Shown: piece after piece, positions 1 to 9,442 of the stretch
Layout: the number at the start of each line of letters is the position of its first letter
How positions within the stretch are numbered: position 1 is the stretch's first letter
Translations under genes and position numbers: made by a program
Assembly (NCBI GenBank): GCA_036491495.1
Contig: DASXBW010000096.1
Coordinates: 11,424-75,423 of the forward strand
Direction of reading: 5' to 3'
Length of the DNA stretch: 64,000 bases
DNA from: Casimicrobiaceae bacterium
GTDB taxonomy: Bacteria > Pseudomonadota > Gammaproteobacteria > Burkholderiales > Casimicrobiaceae
The notes under the pieces: generated by a model
Database searches by the model: none
The model's input: the letters and a program-made list of their open reading frames with translations, nothing else
Told to the model about the DNA's origin: nothing

Positions 1-368
<368 letters not shown>

Positions 369-427
369 CTAACTGGCGAGGTAAGGAATCGCGTTGTATC
401 GGATAACGCATTTTGTTATCTTGGCGG

Positions 428-1564
428 ATGCTTAAGGTGTTGCCGGACCCCATCGATGCTGGCCTCGTCCGTCGCGCGCTCGTCACCAAGCTCCGGCATC
501 ATGGCGACGTTTTGCTCACCTCTCCGGTGTTCACGGTGCTCAAGCGCGCGCTCCCGGCGGCGGAGATCGATGCGCTGGTCTATGAAGAAACCGCGCCGAT
601 GCTCGAGGGCCATCCGGCGATTGCACGGATCCACGTCATCGATCGCGAGGCCAAGCACCGCGGATTCATCGTCCATGCGCGAGCGGAGCGCCGTTTGCTC
701 TTCGCGCTGCGCGCACGGCGATACGATCTCGTGGTTCATCTGACCGAACATCCGCGCGGCATATGGCTCTCGCGTTTGCTCCGGCCGCGCTACAGCGTCG
801 CGCGCGAGCTCGACCGCGCGCATTGGCTGTGGCGGAAGAGCTTCACCCATTACTACCGGCTGCCGCGGTCGACACCGCGTCACCTCGTCGAATGCAATCT
901 CGATGGCTTGCGCCGTATTGGAATGCAGCCCACGTCGGCCGAGAAAGCGCTGGTGCTGGTGCCCGGCGAAGCCGCGACCCGGCGCGCGCGCGCGCTGCTC
1001 GAGCAGCACGGCGTCGAGCCGCGGCGTTTCATCCACCTGCATCCAGGATCGCGCTGGCTGTTCAAGTGCTGGTCGGCGGAACGCTATGCGCAATTCGCCG
1101 ATCGGTTGTCGGAAGGCGGATGGCGAATCGTCATCACCGGCGCGCCGGATTCCCCCGAACGGAGCCTGGTCGATGCGATCGTCGCCCAAACCGCGCTCTC
1201 CACCCGAGCCCATCTGGTCGATTTGACCGGCCAGCTCAATCTGCGCGAGCTTGCCGCGGTCACCCGGGAAGCTCGGATATTCGTCGGCGTCGACTCGGCA
1301 CCGATGCACATCGCAGCGGCCATGCAAACACCGGTGATCGCGCTGTTCGGGCCCAGCGGAGAGTTCGAGTGGGGACCTTGGGCGGTGCCGCATCGGATCA
1401 TCACCTCGATGGATCATCCCTGCCGGCCTTGCGGTATCGACGGCTGCGGCGGCGGCAAGATATCCGAATGTCTCACCACACTTCCCGTCGAACGCGTTTG
1501 TGCAGCGCTTGCGGAATTGATCGACGCCACCGACGCGAGCCGTAGCGTGCCATTGCGGGTCTGA
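428..1564 (+). CDS. glycosyltransferase family 9, LPS heptosyltransferase III-like
   Basis: ORF 413..1564. The GT9 hallmarks are KLRHHGDVLLTSPVF near the N-terminus, then HLHPGSRWLFKCW, then VGVDSAPMHIAAAMQTPVIALFGPS. A C-terminal Cys cluster (CRPCGIDGCGG) is present. I prefer ATG 428 (MLKVLPD) over the TTG at 413. Confidence 0.8.
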   Translation: MLKVLPDPIDAGLVRRALVTKLRHHGDVLLTSPVFTVLKRALPAAEIDALVYEETAPMLEGHPAIARIHVIDREAKHRGFIVHARAERRLLFALRARRYDLVVHLTEHPRGIWLSRLLRPRYSVARELDRAHWLWRKSFTHYYRLPRSTPRHLVECNLDGLRRIGMQPTSAEKALVLVPGEAATRRARALLEQHGVEPRRFIHLHPGSRWLFKCWSAERYAQFADRLSEGGWRIVITGAPDSPERSLVDAIVAQTALSTRAHLVDLTGQLNLRELAAVTREARIFVGVDSAPMHIAAAMQTPVIALFGPSGEFEWGPWAVPHRIITSMDHPCRPCGIDGCGGGKISECLTTLPVERVCAALAELIDATDASRSVPLRV

Positions 1565-1566
1565 CC

Positions 1567-2736
1567 ATGCGCCTTGCGATCATCCGGCAGCGCTATACGC
1601 CTTATGGCGGCGCCGAGCGTTTTGTCGAGAGCGCATTGGAAGCGCTGCTCGAGCGCGGCGTCGCTATTTCGCTCTATACGCGGCAGTGGCCCAACACCCG
1701 CCTCCAGCTCATCGAGCCGGTGCTGTGCAACCCGTTTTATATCGGCCGTCTGTGGCGCGACTGGAGCTTCGCCCGCGCGGTGTGCGGTGCCGTCGCAAAA
1801 AAGGCGCCGGAGTTGGTGCAGTCGCACGAACGCCTGCTTTGCTGCGACATCTATCGCGCGGGCGACGGGGTGCATCGGGCCTGGCTCGACGAGCGGCTGC
1901 GCGACGCGTCGGCATTCAAGCGCTGGCGGATCGAGTCGAACTTCTACCATCGATACCTGCTCGACGTCGAGCGCCGGTTGTTCGCAAGTCCCTGGTTGCG
2001 CGCGGTCATCTGCAATTCAAAGATGGTCCGCGACGAGATTCACGAGCGCTTCGGCTTGAGCCTCGAGAAGCTGCCGGTGATCTATAACGCCGTCGATAGC
2101 GACGTTTTCTCGCCCGAGCTCAGACAACATCGCGCCGCCGTGCGGCAAAAACTCGGCGTGCCGGATTCGGCAACGGTGTTCCTGCTCGTCGGTTCAGGAT
2201 ATGTGCGCAAAGGCGTGGCGACCGCGATCCGGGCACTGTCACGGCTGCCCAGCGATACCTATCTGGTCGTCGTTGGCCGCGATAAATCCGGACGACGCTA
2301 CAAGCGACTCGCACAGCAGCTCGGCATCGCGCGCCGGGTGGCACTGCTGGGCGCGCTGGACGATCCCAAGCCCTTCTACGGAGCGGCGGATGCCTTCGTT
2401 CTGCCGACGCTGTACGATCCGTGCCCCAACGCGGCCCTGGAAGCGATGGCTTGCGGCTTGCCGGTTGTGACCAGCACCACGTCGGGAGCGGCCGAGCTGG
2501 TCATCGAACACGACGCAGGGCTGGTGTGCGAGGCGCGCGACGTCGATGCGCTGGCCCGGCACATGGTGACGCTGACCGATCCGGAGGCTCGTCGCCTATT
2601 GGGTGCGCGGGCGCGGGAAGCGGTGCTTCCGCTGACTCCGGCGTCGATGACATTGCAGCTGGTGCTGCTGTATCGCGATCTGATCGCCGCGGCGGTCGCA
2701 GTGAGGGACGGGGAAGAAAAGCCCGCTGCGCTATAA
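1567..2736 (+). CDS. glycosyltransferase family 4, WaaG/RfaG-like LPS core glycosyltransferase
   Basis: ATG lies 2 nt after the upstream stop. The N-terminus RQRYTPYGGAERFV resembles the WaaG-type start. The C-terminal GT-B motif is PTLYDPCPNAALEAMACGLPVVTS. Confidence 0.75.
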   Translation: MRLAIIRQRYTPYGGAERFVESALEALLERGVAISLYTRQWPNTRLQLIEPVLCNPFYIGRLWRDWSFARAVCGAVAKKAPELVQSHERLLCCDIYRAGDGVHRAWLDERLRDASAFKRWRIESNFYHRYLLDVERRLFASPWLRAVICNSKMVRDEIHERFGLSLEKLPVIYNAVDSDVFSPELRQHRAAVRQKLGVPDSATVFLLVGSGYVRKGVATAIRALSRLPSDTYLVVVGRDKSGRRYKRLAQQLGIARRVALLGALDDPKPFYGAADAFVLPTLYDPCPNAALEAMACGLPVVTSTTSGAAELVIEHDAGLVCEARDVDALARHMVTLTDPEARRLLGARAREAVLPLTPASMTLQLVLLYRDLIAAAVAVRDGEEKPAAL

Positions 2737-2786
2737 TCACCGGCACTTCATTCATACGCCGGCAGCGAGGGCCAACTCGCGCGCAT

Positions 2787-2840
2787 CCATCGGCTCAATC
2801 GGTTTCCCCAATCGGTTCCTCCATCGGTTCCCCATCGTCC
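2787..2840. repeat. phased short repeats (five ATCGG/ATCGT cores) immediately upstream of msbA
   Basis: The sequence is ccATCGGctcaATCGGtttccccaATCGGttcctccATCGGttccccATCGTcc. Cores start at 2789, 2798, 2811, 2823 and 2834, giving spacings of 9, 13, 12 and 11 nt. The array ends 2 nt before the msbA GTG. Confidence 0.6.
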
Positions 2841-2842
2841 TT

Positions 2843-4588
2843 GTGGCACCCAGTCTGACTCTTTACCGGCGCTTGCTGCGCTACGTCCGTCCCTATTGGT
2901 GGGCGTTTGCGCTAGCGATCCTCGGCATGGTCATCGTCGCCGCCGGCGACGTGGTCATGGCTTATATGGTGATGCCTATCATTCAGCGGCTGCAGCACCC
3001 GGACCCCGCAATGACGATTCAGTTGCCACTCGCGGTTGTCGCGGTCTTCCTTCTTCGCGGACTGGGCTCATTCATGTCCGAATACGGAATGGCATGGACC
3101 GGCCACCGGGTTGTCTTCGATCTTCGGCGGCAGATGATCGATCGGCTGCTTTCGCTTCCGACGCCGTATTACGACTCACAGTCGTCGGGGCGGCTGATCT
3201 CCAAGTTCACCTTCGATGCCTATCAGCTCGCTGCCGCTACCTCGTCGGCGATCGCGACCTCGATTCGCAGCGCGTTGACCATCGCCGGCAGCCTGGGACT
3301 CCTTTTCTGGCTCAACTGGCAGCTGACATTGATCTCGATCGTCGTCATGCCGTTGGTCGCGCTGGTGATTCGTTACTTCAGTCGCCGTCTGCGTCGAGTC
3401 GCGCGTGACGTACAGCAGCGCACCGGGTCGATCACCCACGTGCTGGAGGAAATCGTAGGCGCGCAGCGGGTCGTGAAAATTTTCAGCGGGCAGGATTACG
3501 AGCGCAAGCGCGCGGTCGCCGGAGCGAACAAGCTGCGGCAGTCGATGAGCAAGCAGTCGTCGGCAGACGCAGCCAGCTCGCCGCTGTTGCAGTTCGTCGG
3601 CGCCTGCGTAGTCGGGTTCATCGTCTATATTGCGCTCAGGCAAAGCGAGACCGGCGGCTTCGACGCGGCGCGTTTCACGGCTTACGTCATCGCACTGCTG
3701 ACTCTTCTCGACCGGATGCGCTCGCTGTCGGGAGTCAATGCCAATATCCAGCGCGGCCTCGCGGCGGCGGAGAGCATTTTCGGATTTATCGACGAAAACC
3801 CGGAAGAGGACCGCGGCACCGTCGTCCTCGAGCGGGTGCGCGGCGAACTCACTTTCGACCGCGTCTCGCTTCGCTATGACGGCGCGGACAAGGACGCGCT
3901 GCGCGAGGTCAGCCTGGTGATCGCTCCCGGCGAGAGCGTCGGGCTGGTGGGGCCGTCCGGCGGCGGCAAGACCTCGCTGGTCAATCTGATCCCCCGTTTC
4001 TACCAGCCGACTTCCGGGCGGATCATGCTCGACGGCCGAGGCATCGACGAGCTCACGCTCGCCAACCTGCGCAGCCACATTGCGTTGGTGGGCCAGGACG
4101 TGACGCTTTTCAATGACACCGTCGCCGCGAACATCGCCTACGGCGCGATGTCCGATGCGACGCGCGATGCCGTCGAGCGCGCCGCGGTCGCTGCCCATGC
4201 ACTGGACTTCATTCAAGCCTTGCCGAAAGGTTTCGAGACCCTCGTCGGCCAGCACGGCATTCGTTTGTCCGGCGGTCAGCGTCAGCGTATTGCGATCGCG
4301 CGTGCGATTCTGAAGAACGCGCCGATCCTGATCCTCGACGAGGCGACGTCGGCGCTCGACTCCGAGTCGGAGCGACATGTGCAGGCGGCGATGGATGCGC
4401 TCATGCGGGGACGCACCACCATCGTCATTGCCCACCGCCTATCCACCATCGAACGCGTCGACCGCATCGCGGTGCTCGATGCCGGGCGCATTGTCGAACA
4501 CGGCACCCATGCGGACCTGATCGCTCGCGAAGGCATTTACGCCAAGCTTCATCGCATCCAGTTTGCAGCGGCGACGGCGCTCGCCTAG
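2843..4588 (+). CDS. msbA: lipid A export ABC transporter permease/ATPase MsbA
   Basis: 581 aa with a six-TM N-terminal half. Walker A is GPSGGGKTS, the ABC signature is LSGGQRQRIAIARAIL and Walker B is ILILDEATSALD. It is embedded in LPS core genes. Confidence 0.85.
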   Translation: MAPSLTLYRRLLRYVRPYWWAFALAILGMVIVAAGDVVMAYMVMPIIQRLQHPDPAMTIQLPLAVVAVFLLRGLGSFMSEYGMAWTGHRVVFDLRRQMIDRLLSLPTPYYDSQSSGRLISKFTFDAYQLAAATSSAIATSIRSALTIAGSLGLLFWLNWQLTLISIVVMPLVALVIRYFSRRLRRVARDVQQRTGSITHVLEEIVGAQRVVKIFSGQDYERKRAVAGANKLRQSMSKQSSADAASSPLLQFVGACVVGFIVYIALRQSETGGFDAARFTAYVIALLTLLDRMRSLSGVNANIQRGLAAAESIFGFIDENPEEDRGTVVLERVRGELTFDRVSLRYDGADKDALREVSLVIAPGESVGLVGPSGGGKTSLVNLIPRFYQPTSGRIMLDGRGIDELTLANLRSHIALVGQDVTLFNDTVAANIAYGAMSDATRDAVERAAVAAHALDFIQALPKGFETLVGQHGIRLSGGQRQRIAIARAILKNAPILILDEATSALDSESERHVQAAMDALMRGRTTIVIAHRLSTIERVDRIAVLDAGRIVEHGTHADLIAREGIYAKLHRIQFAAATALA

Positions 4589-4612
4589 CAGGCGGACGCA
4601 GCGAATACGATC

Positions 4613-6478
4613 ATGTGCGGCATCACGGGCTACGTAAGCACTGACCGGCGGGCATGGGAATCGTTGCCGAGCATGACCCAGGCTCTGGTGCACCGGGGCC
4701 CCGATGCCGACGGTTATTATCGCGACGGAGCGGTGGGTCTCGGTCATCGCCGACTCTCGGTCATCGACGTCGAAGGCAGCAAGCAGCCTCTGATCTCTCC
4801 TGATCAGGACATCGCGGTCATTTTCAACGGTGAGATATACAACTACCGCTCGCTGCGGCGGGAGCTCATGGATGCCGGCCATATTTTCGCGACCAACGGC
4901 GATGGCGAGGTGCTGGTTCACGGCTGGCGTCAATGGGGTCGCCAGGTACTCGAGAAGATCTCGGGCATGTTCGCGTTCGCGATATGGGATCGCAGGAGTG
5001 CCGAACTGTTCCTCGCCCGCGATCACCTCGGCGTAAAACCCCTGTACTACGCGTGGCACTCCGGATCATTCGTCTTTGGTTCCGAAATCAAGGCGCTGCT
5101 GCGGTTTCCGACCATGCCGCGCGATATCGATCTCGACGCCGTGGCGCTCTATCTCGAGTGTCAGTACATCCCGACGCCGTACAGCGTTTATGCCGCGATC
5201 CGCAAGCTTCCCGCCGGACATTGGCTGTCCTTCCAAGACCGAGCGTTGACGAGCGGGTCGTTTTGGCGTCCGTCGTACGCACCGAAGCACGCGCTTCAGG
5301 GAACGGCCGCGGTCGATGCGCTTTCCACCCGATTGTCTTCGTCTATCCAATCGATGCTCGTCGCCGATGTGCCGCTCGGCGCTTTCGTCAGCGGGGGCAT
5401 CGATTCCAGCCTGATCGCGGCGCTCGCGATGCAGATCTCCGGCCGTGCGCTCGACACCTTCACCCTGGGTTTCAGGGGTAACGACGTCGGCAGCGAGCAC
5501 GAGGAGGCAGCGCGCGTCGCGCGCCACATCGGCAGTAACCATCACTGCCTGATGCTGAGCCCTGAAGAGGTCTTGCCGGCCCTCGACCGATGGGGCGAAG
5601 TTTTTGACGAGCCCTTCGGCGACCAGGCGGCGCTGCCTACGATGCTCCTTGCGCAGCACGCCAGAAAAACCGTAACGGTCGTTCTTACCGGTGAAGGAGC
5701 CGACGAAGTCTTCGGCGGCTATAGCAACTATGGCAAACGCATCCGTGAAGATCGCTTGACCAGCGTGCTGGGCGCGCGCGGCTCCCCCATGCCTTTCCTG
5801 ATCCGCCGGCTTCCGGCACGGATTGCGCGCGATCGAATCCTCAAGGCGGCAGCCGAGCCACGCTCCCGGCGATACGCGACGATCCCGAATATTTTCGACG
5901 CGCTCCTCCGACGCGAATACTTTACGGAAGCGTTTCGACGTTCTGTCTCGGCCAGCATCACCGATCGCGCGGAGCTGTTCTACAACGAGTGTGACTCACC
6001 GTCATACCTCGATCACCTGCTCAATATCGATGCTCGATTGTGGCTGCCCGATGATTTGCTGGCGAAGGTCGACCGATCGACGATGGCGCATTCCCTGGAA
6101 GCGCGGGTACCTTACCTGGATCACGATTTTTTCGGATGGTGCGCACGGTTGCAGCCCGCGGACAAGGTACGCGGCAAAGGACGCAAGCTGCTTCTGAAGC
6201 GACTCGCGGAGCGGCACCTCCCTCTCGACATCGTGCATCGCCCGAAGCAGGGATTCATGATGCCATTGCAGCGATGGCTGGGTCGCGAGCTGAAAGGCGA
6301 TCTCGAACACGCGCTTGGCCCGTCGGGGTTGCAGCGGCGCGGATTGATTCGATCGGACGCGATAGAGCGCCTGCTCCGCGAACATTCCCTGAACGTTCAC
6401 AACCACGCCATGCGGCTCTGGGTGTTGTTGATCCTCGAGCGCTGGTTTGCTCGGTACGAACCCTCCTTCTCGCTTTAG
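4613..6478 (+). CDS. asparagine synthetase B-family glutamine amidotransferase (copy 1)
   Basis: The start MCGITGY carries the Cys2 nucleophile. Also present are HRGPD, GLGHRRLSVID and the PP-loop FVSGGIDSS. Length is 621 aa. Confidence 0.85.
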   Translation: MCGITGYVSTDRRAWESLPSMTQALVHRGPDADGYYRDGAVGLGHRRLSVIDVEGSKQPLISPDQDIAVIFNGEIYNYRSLRRELMDAGHIFATNGDGEVLVHGWRQWGRQVLEKISGMFAFAIWDRRSAELFLARDHLGVKPLYYAWHSGSFVFGSEIKALLRFPTMPRDIDLDAVALYLECQYIPTPYSVYAAIRKLPAGHWLSFQDRALTSGSFWRPSYAPKHALQGTAAVDALSTRLSSSIQSMLVADVPLGAFVSGGIDSSLIAALAMQISGRALDTFTLGFRGNDVGSEHEEAARVARHIGSNHHCLMLSPEEVLPALDRWGEVFDEPFGDQAALPTMLLAQHARKTVTVVLTGEGADEVFGGYSNYGKRIREDRLTSVLGARGSPMPFLIRRLPARIARDRILKAAAEPRSRRYATIPNIFDALLRREYFTEAFRRSVSASITDRAELFYNECDSPSYLDHLLNIDARLWLPDDLLAKVDRSTMAHSLEARVPYLDHDFFGWCARLQPADKVRGKGRKLLLKRLAERHLPLDIVHRPKQGFMMPLQRWLGRELKGDLEHALGPSGLQRRGLIRSDAIERLLREHSLNVHNHAMRLWVLLILERWFARYEPSFSL

Positions 6479-6489
6479 GCCTAGCGCAC

Positions 6490-7599
6490 GTGCGGCCGCT
6501 CTCGATCGTCCACACCGAGAACTCCGCTGGCTGGGGAGGCCAGGAAATCCGCATTCTCACCGAAGCCCGCGGAATGCTGGAACGCGGCCATCGAGTAACC
6601 CTTCTGACGCCTCCCGAGACGCCGATCTATGGCGCAGCCGCGCGCTACGGCGTTCCGGCCGTTCCCCTTGGCATACGTCGAAAACAGCCTTCCGATCTTT
6701 GGGTCCTGCGCGCCTGGCTCTCGAGACACAGGCAGTCGATTGACGTCCTTAACACGCACAGTTCCACCGATAGCTGGCTTGGTGCCCTTTCATGCGCTTC
6801 GATGACCAATGCGCCGCCCATCGTCCGCACGCGGCACGTATCAACGCACATCAACAACAGCGCCGCGACGCGGTGGCTCTATTGTCGGGCAGCAGCCCAC
6901 ATCGTTACCGCTGGTGAGGCGGTCCGCCGCAGCCTTGCCGAGACCAATGCGGTCCCACTCGAGCGAATGACATCGGTTCCCACCGGCATCGATCTTCAGC
7001 AATTCGTGCCGGGCGATGCCATCGTCGCACGATCGAAGGTCGGTCTGCCGCAAAGGCCTACGCTGGGTATCGTCGCCACGCTGCGTGATTGGAAGGGCCA
7101 CGAATACCTGTTCGAGGCGATTGCCCTCGAGCCAACAGCGTGGGCGGGCTGGAATATCGTAGTCGTTGGTGACGGGCCGCATCGCGCGAAGCTCGATGAT
7201 CGAGTCGCGCAACTCGGGTTGGGGGACAACCTACGGTTCGTCGGTCAGCAGCACGATGTCGTGCCCTGGTTTCAGTCGTTCGATCTCTTCACGCTGCCGT
7301 CTTACGGAGAGGAAGGTGTGCCGCAAGCGATCATGCAGGCAATGGCATGTGCTATCGCCGTGGTCTCGACGCCGGTCGGCGCGATCGGCGAAGCGGTAGA
7401 CGATACTGTCACCGGAATACTGGTCGAACCACGCTCGGCAAGCGCTCTCAGCGCCGGTCTCGCGCGTTTGCGCGACGACCCAGGATTGCGGGCGCGCTAT
7501 TCACAGGCCGGGCGGGCTCGTGCCATTGGATTCTTTGGCATCGATCGAATGCTCGATGGCATGGAATCGGTCTTCCGACACGTCCTGGAGCCGTCCTGA
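6490..7599 (+). CDS. glycosyltransferase family 4
   Basis: In-frame GTG at 6490 (VRPLSIVHTENSAGWGGQE). The upstream part of ORF 6136..7599 overlaps asnB-like 1 and looks non-coding in that frame. The GT-B motif is PSYGEEGVPQAIMQAMACAIAVVSTPVGA. Confidence 0.75.
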   Translation: MRPLSIVHTENSAGWGGQEIRILTEARGMLERGHRVTLLTPPETPIYGAAARYGVPAVPLGIRRKQPSDLWVLRAWLSRHRQSIDVLNTHSSTDSWLGALSCASMTNAPPIVRTRHVSTHINNSAATRWLYCRAAAHIVTAGEAVRRSLAETNAVPLERMTSVPTGIDLQQFVPGDAIVARSKVGLPQRPTLGIVATLRDWKGHEYLFEAIALEPTAWAGWNIVVVGDGPHRAKLDDRVAQLGLGDNLRFVGQQHDVVPWFQSFDLFTLPSYGEEGVPQAIMQAMACAIAVVSTPVGAIGEAVDDTVTGILVEPRSASALSAGLARLRDDPGLRARYSQAGRARAIGFFGIDRMLDGMESVFRHVLEPS

Positions 7600-7600
7600 C

Positions 7601-9442
7601 ATGTGCGGGATTGCGGGATATTTCGGCAGCCGAATGGTGGGTCCCGCTACTGTGGAGCACATGTTACGTGCCCTGCGGCAACGCGGTCCGGATGCCGAGC
7701 GCGTGCAGGCCTGGGATGCCGATTTTCGCGCGGCATCCTTGCCTGCCCCGAACGCATTGCTCAACACGCGTTTGGCAATCATCGATCCCCGGCGGGAAGC
7801 CGACCCGCCGATCGCGAACGACGCCGGCGATATCTGGATCACCTACAACGGCGAAGTCTACGACTGGGGTGCGGATGCCGCCGTGCTGAGGAAGGAAGGG
7901 TTTCAATTCCGTACTCGCTCCGATACCGAATTCATTCTGCATGCCTACGAACATTGGGGAATTGACTTCCTGCAACGGCTCCGCGGCATGTTCGCGATCG
8001 CGATCTGTGACCTTCGTCGCCGCGTCATTTTCGTGATCCGCGACCGTCTCGGCCTCAAACCGGTCGTGTATGTGCATCGAAAAGATGGATTCGCATTCGC
8101 ATCGACGGTACGTGGGGTGCTTCCTTGGCTGCCTTCCGCGGCTCGTGCTTTCTCGCCGAGTGGCCTCGACGCGTATCTTGCTCATCGAACGATTCCGGCG
8201 CCGCGCTCCGCTTTCGCCAATATTTCACGGCTGCCTCCCGCACATTACTTACGCTACGATCTGACCACGGGTGATCTTTCGAGCATCGAGTATTGGCGCC
8301 CCGAACCGTTGCCGGAACCTTGGCTGCCTACCTTTGATACCGCGATTCGCGTACGTACCGTCGCCGACAGGCCGTTAGGGCTTTTCCTGTCGTCCGGCGT
8401 TGATTCAAGCGCCATTGCGTGCCGGCTCGCAGCGATGGGTTTTCAGGGCTTGCAGACCTTCACCGCTGCGTTCAGCGACACCTCATTCGACGAAAGCGCC
8501 GATGCCCGGCGAACAGCCCAGAGGCTCGGCCTCTCAAATCGCGCCATTCCGATGAATCAGCGGATCATTGACGATTTTGAGCGAATCATTGCCGACCTTG
8601 ACGATCCGTTTGCCGATCCCTCGAGCGTGCCTACGTGGTATCTGTCCCGGGAAGCGACGCGACAGGTGAAAGTCGTGCTCGGTGGCGACGGCGGCGACGA
8701 GCTCTTTGCTGGCTACAAGCGGTACGCGAAGCACATGCGCACAGGCTGGCGGCATGGCCTGCGATTGCCGCGCGCGCGACCACCCGCCGGCGTTGGCGGA
8801 ACGGTGTTGCGGCGCCTTGTCGAAGAATTGCGGCTCGACTGGACTTCGGCCTACGTGTTGCGGTTTTCCGGGTTTACGCCAGGTGAAAGGCTCTTTCTGC
8901 AACCCAATTACGACGTGCAGCCTCATTATTGGCGGATGCCGGCGGGCACTTCCGCCGTCACGCTCGAAACGCTGCTCGAGATCGATCGACTCAATTATCT
9001 GCCCGACTATATTCTGCGAAAGGCCGATCTCTGCACCATGGCCCACGGACTCGAGATGCGCGCGCCGTTTCTCGATCATTACTTCGTTGCTGCTGTGTTG
9101 GCTTTGCCGACTGCAATGCGCTTCACTACGCCCGCCAAGACAATTTTTGCGCCGGTGCTGGAACCGCTGGGCAGCGACGATCCTTTGATACGAAAAAAGC
9201 GGGGGTTCAATCCACCCATTGAAGGCTGGTTGAGGGAGGATCTCTCGCCGCGTCTAGGCGGCTTGGGCGGGCGCTTGCAAAATACGACATCAGGACAATT
9301 GGCCAGACACAGCATCGATGCTCTTATCGCCTCATGGACCAGCGGCGAGAATCGCCTTGCCGAACAAGTCCTGCAGCTGGTTATCCTGGACGAATCGCTC
9401 GCGCAACTCGCAAACCTTGCTCGTACTACGCAATATGAATAG
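7601..9442 (+). CDS. asparagine synthetase B-family glutamine amidotransferase (copy 2)
   Basis: In-frame ATG at 7601 (MCGIAGYFG) lies 1 nt after the GT4 stop. RGPD and RLAIID are present. The PP-loop variant is FLSSGVDSS. Length is about 613 aa. Confidence 0.85.
   Translation: MCGIAGYFGSRMVGPATVEHMLRALRQRGPDAERVQAWDADFRAASLPAPNALLNTRLAIIDPRREADPPIANDAGDIWITYNGEVYDWGADAAVLRKEGFQFRTRSDTEFILHAYEHWGIDFLQRLRGMFAIAICDLRRRVIFVIRDRLGLKPVVYVHRKDGFAFASTVRGVLPWLPSAARAFSPSGLDAYLAHRTIPAPRSAFANISRLPPAHYLRYDLTTGDLSSIEYWRPEPLPEPWLPTFDTAIRVRTVADRPLGLFLSSGVDSSAIACRLAAMGFQGLQTFTAAFSDTSFDESADARRTAQRLGLSNRAIPMNQRIIDDFERIIADLDDPFADPSSVPTWYLSREATRQVKVVLGGDGGDELFAGYKRYAKHMRTGWRHGLRLPRARPPAGVGGTVLRRLVEELRLDWTSAYVLRFSGFTPGERLFLQPNYDVQPHYWRMPAGTSAVTLETLLEIDRLNYLPDYILRKADLCTMAHGLEMRAPFLDHYFVAAVLALPTAMRFTTPAKTIFAPVLEPLGSDDPLIRKKRGFNPPIEGWLREDLSPRLGGLGGRLQNTTSGQLARHSIDALIASWTSGENRLAEQVLQLVILDESLAQLANLARTTQYE

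Noticed and set aside
416-4435. Long antisense ORFs opposite the GT9 gene (416..1417, 333 aa) and msbA (3176..4435, 419 aa)
   Set aside because: They lie opposite genes with clear family motifs. Their products are Arg/Pro/Gly-rich and low in complexity, which is typical of shadow ORFs in high-GC DNA.
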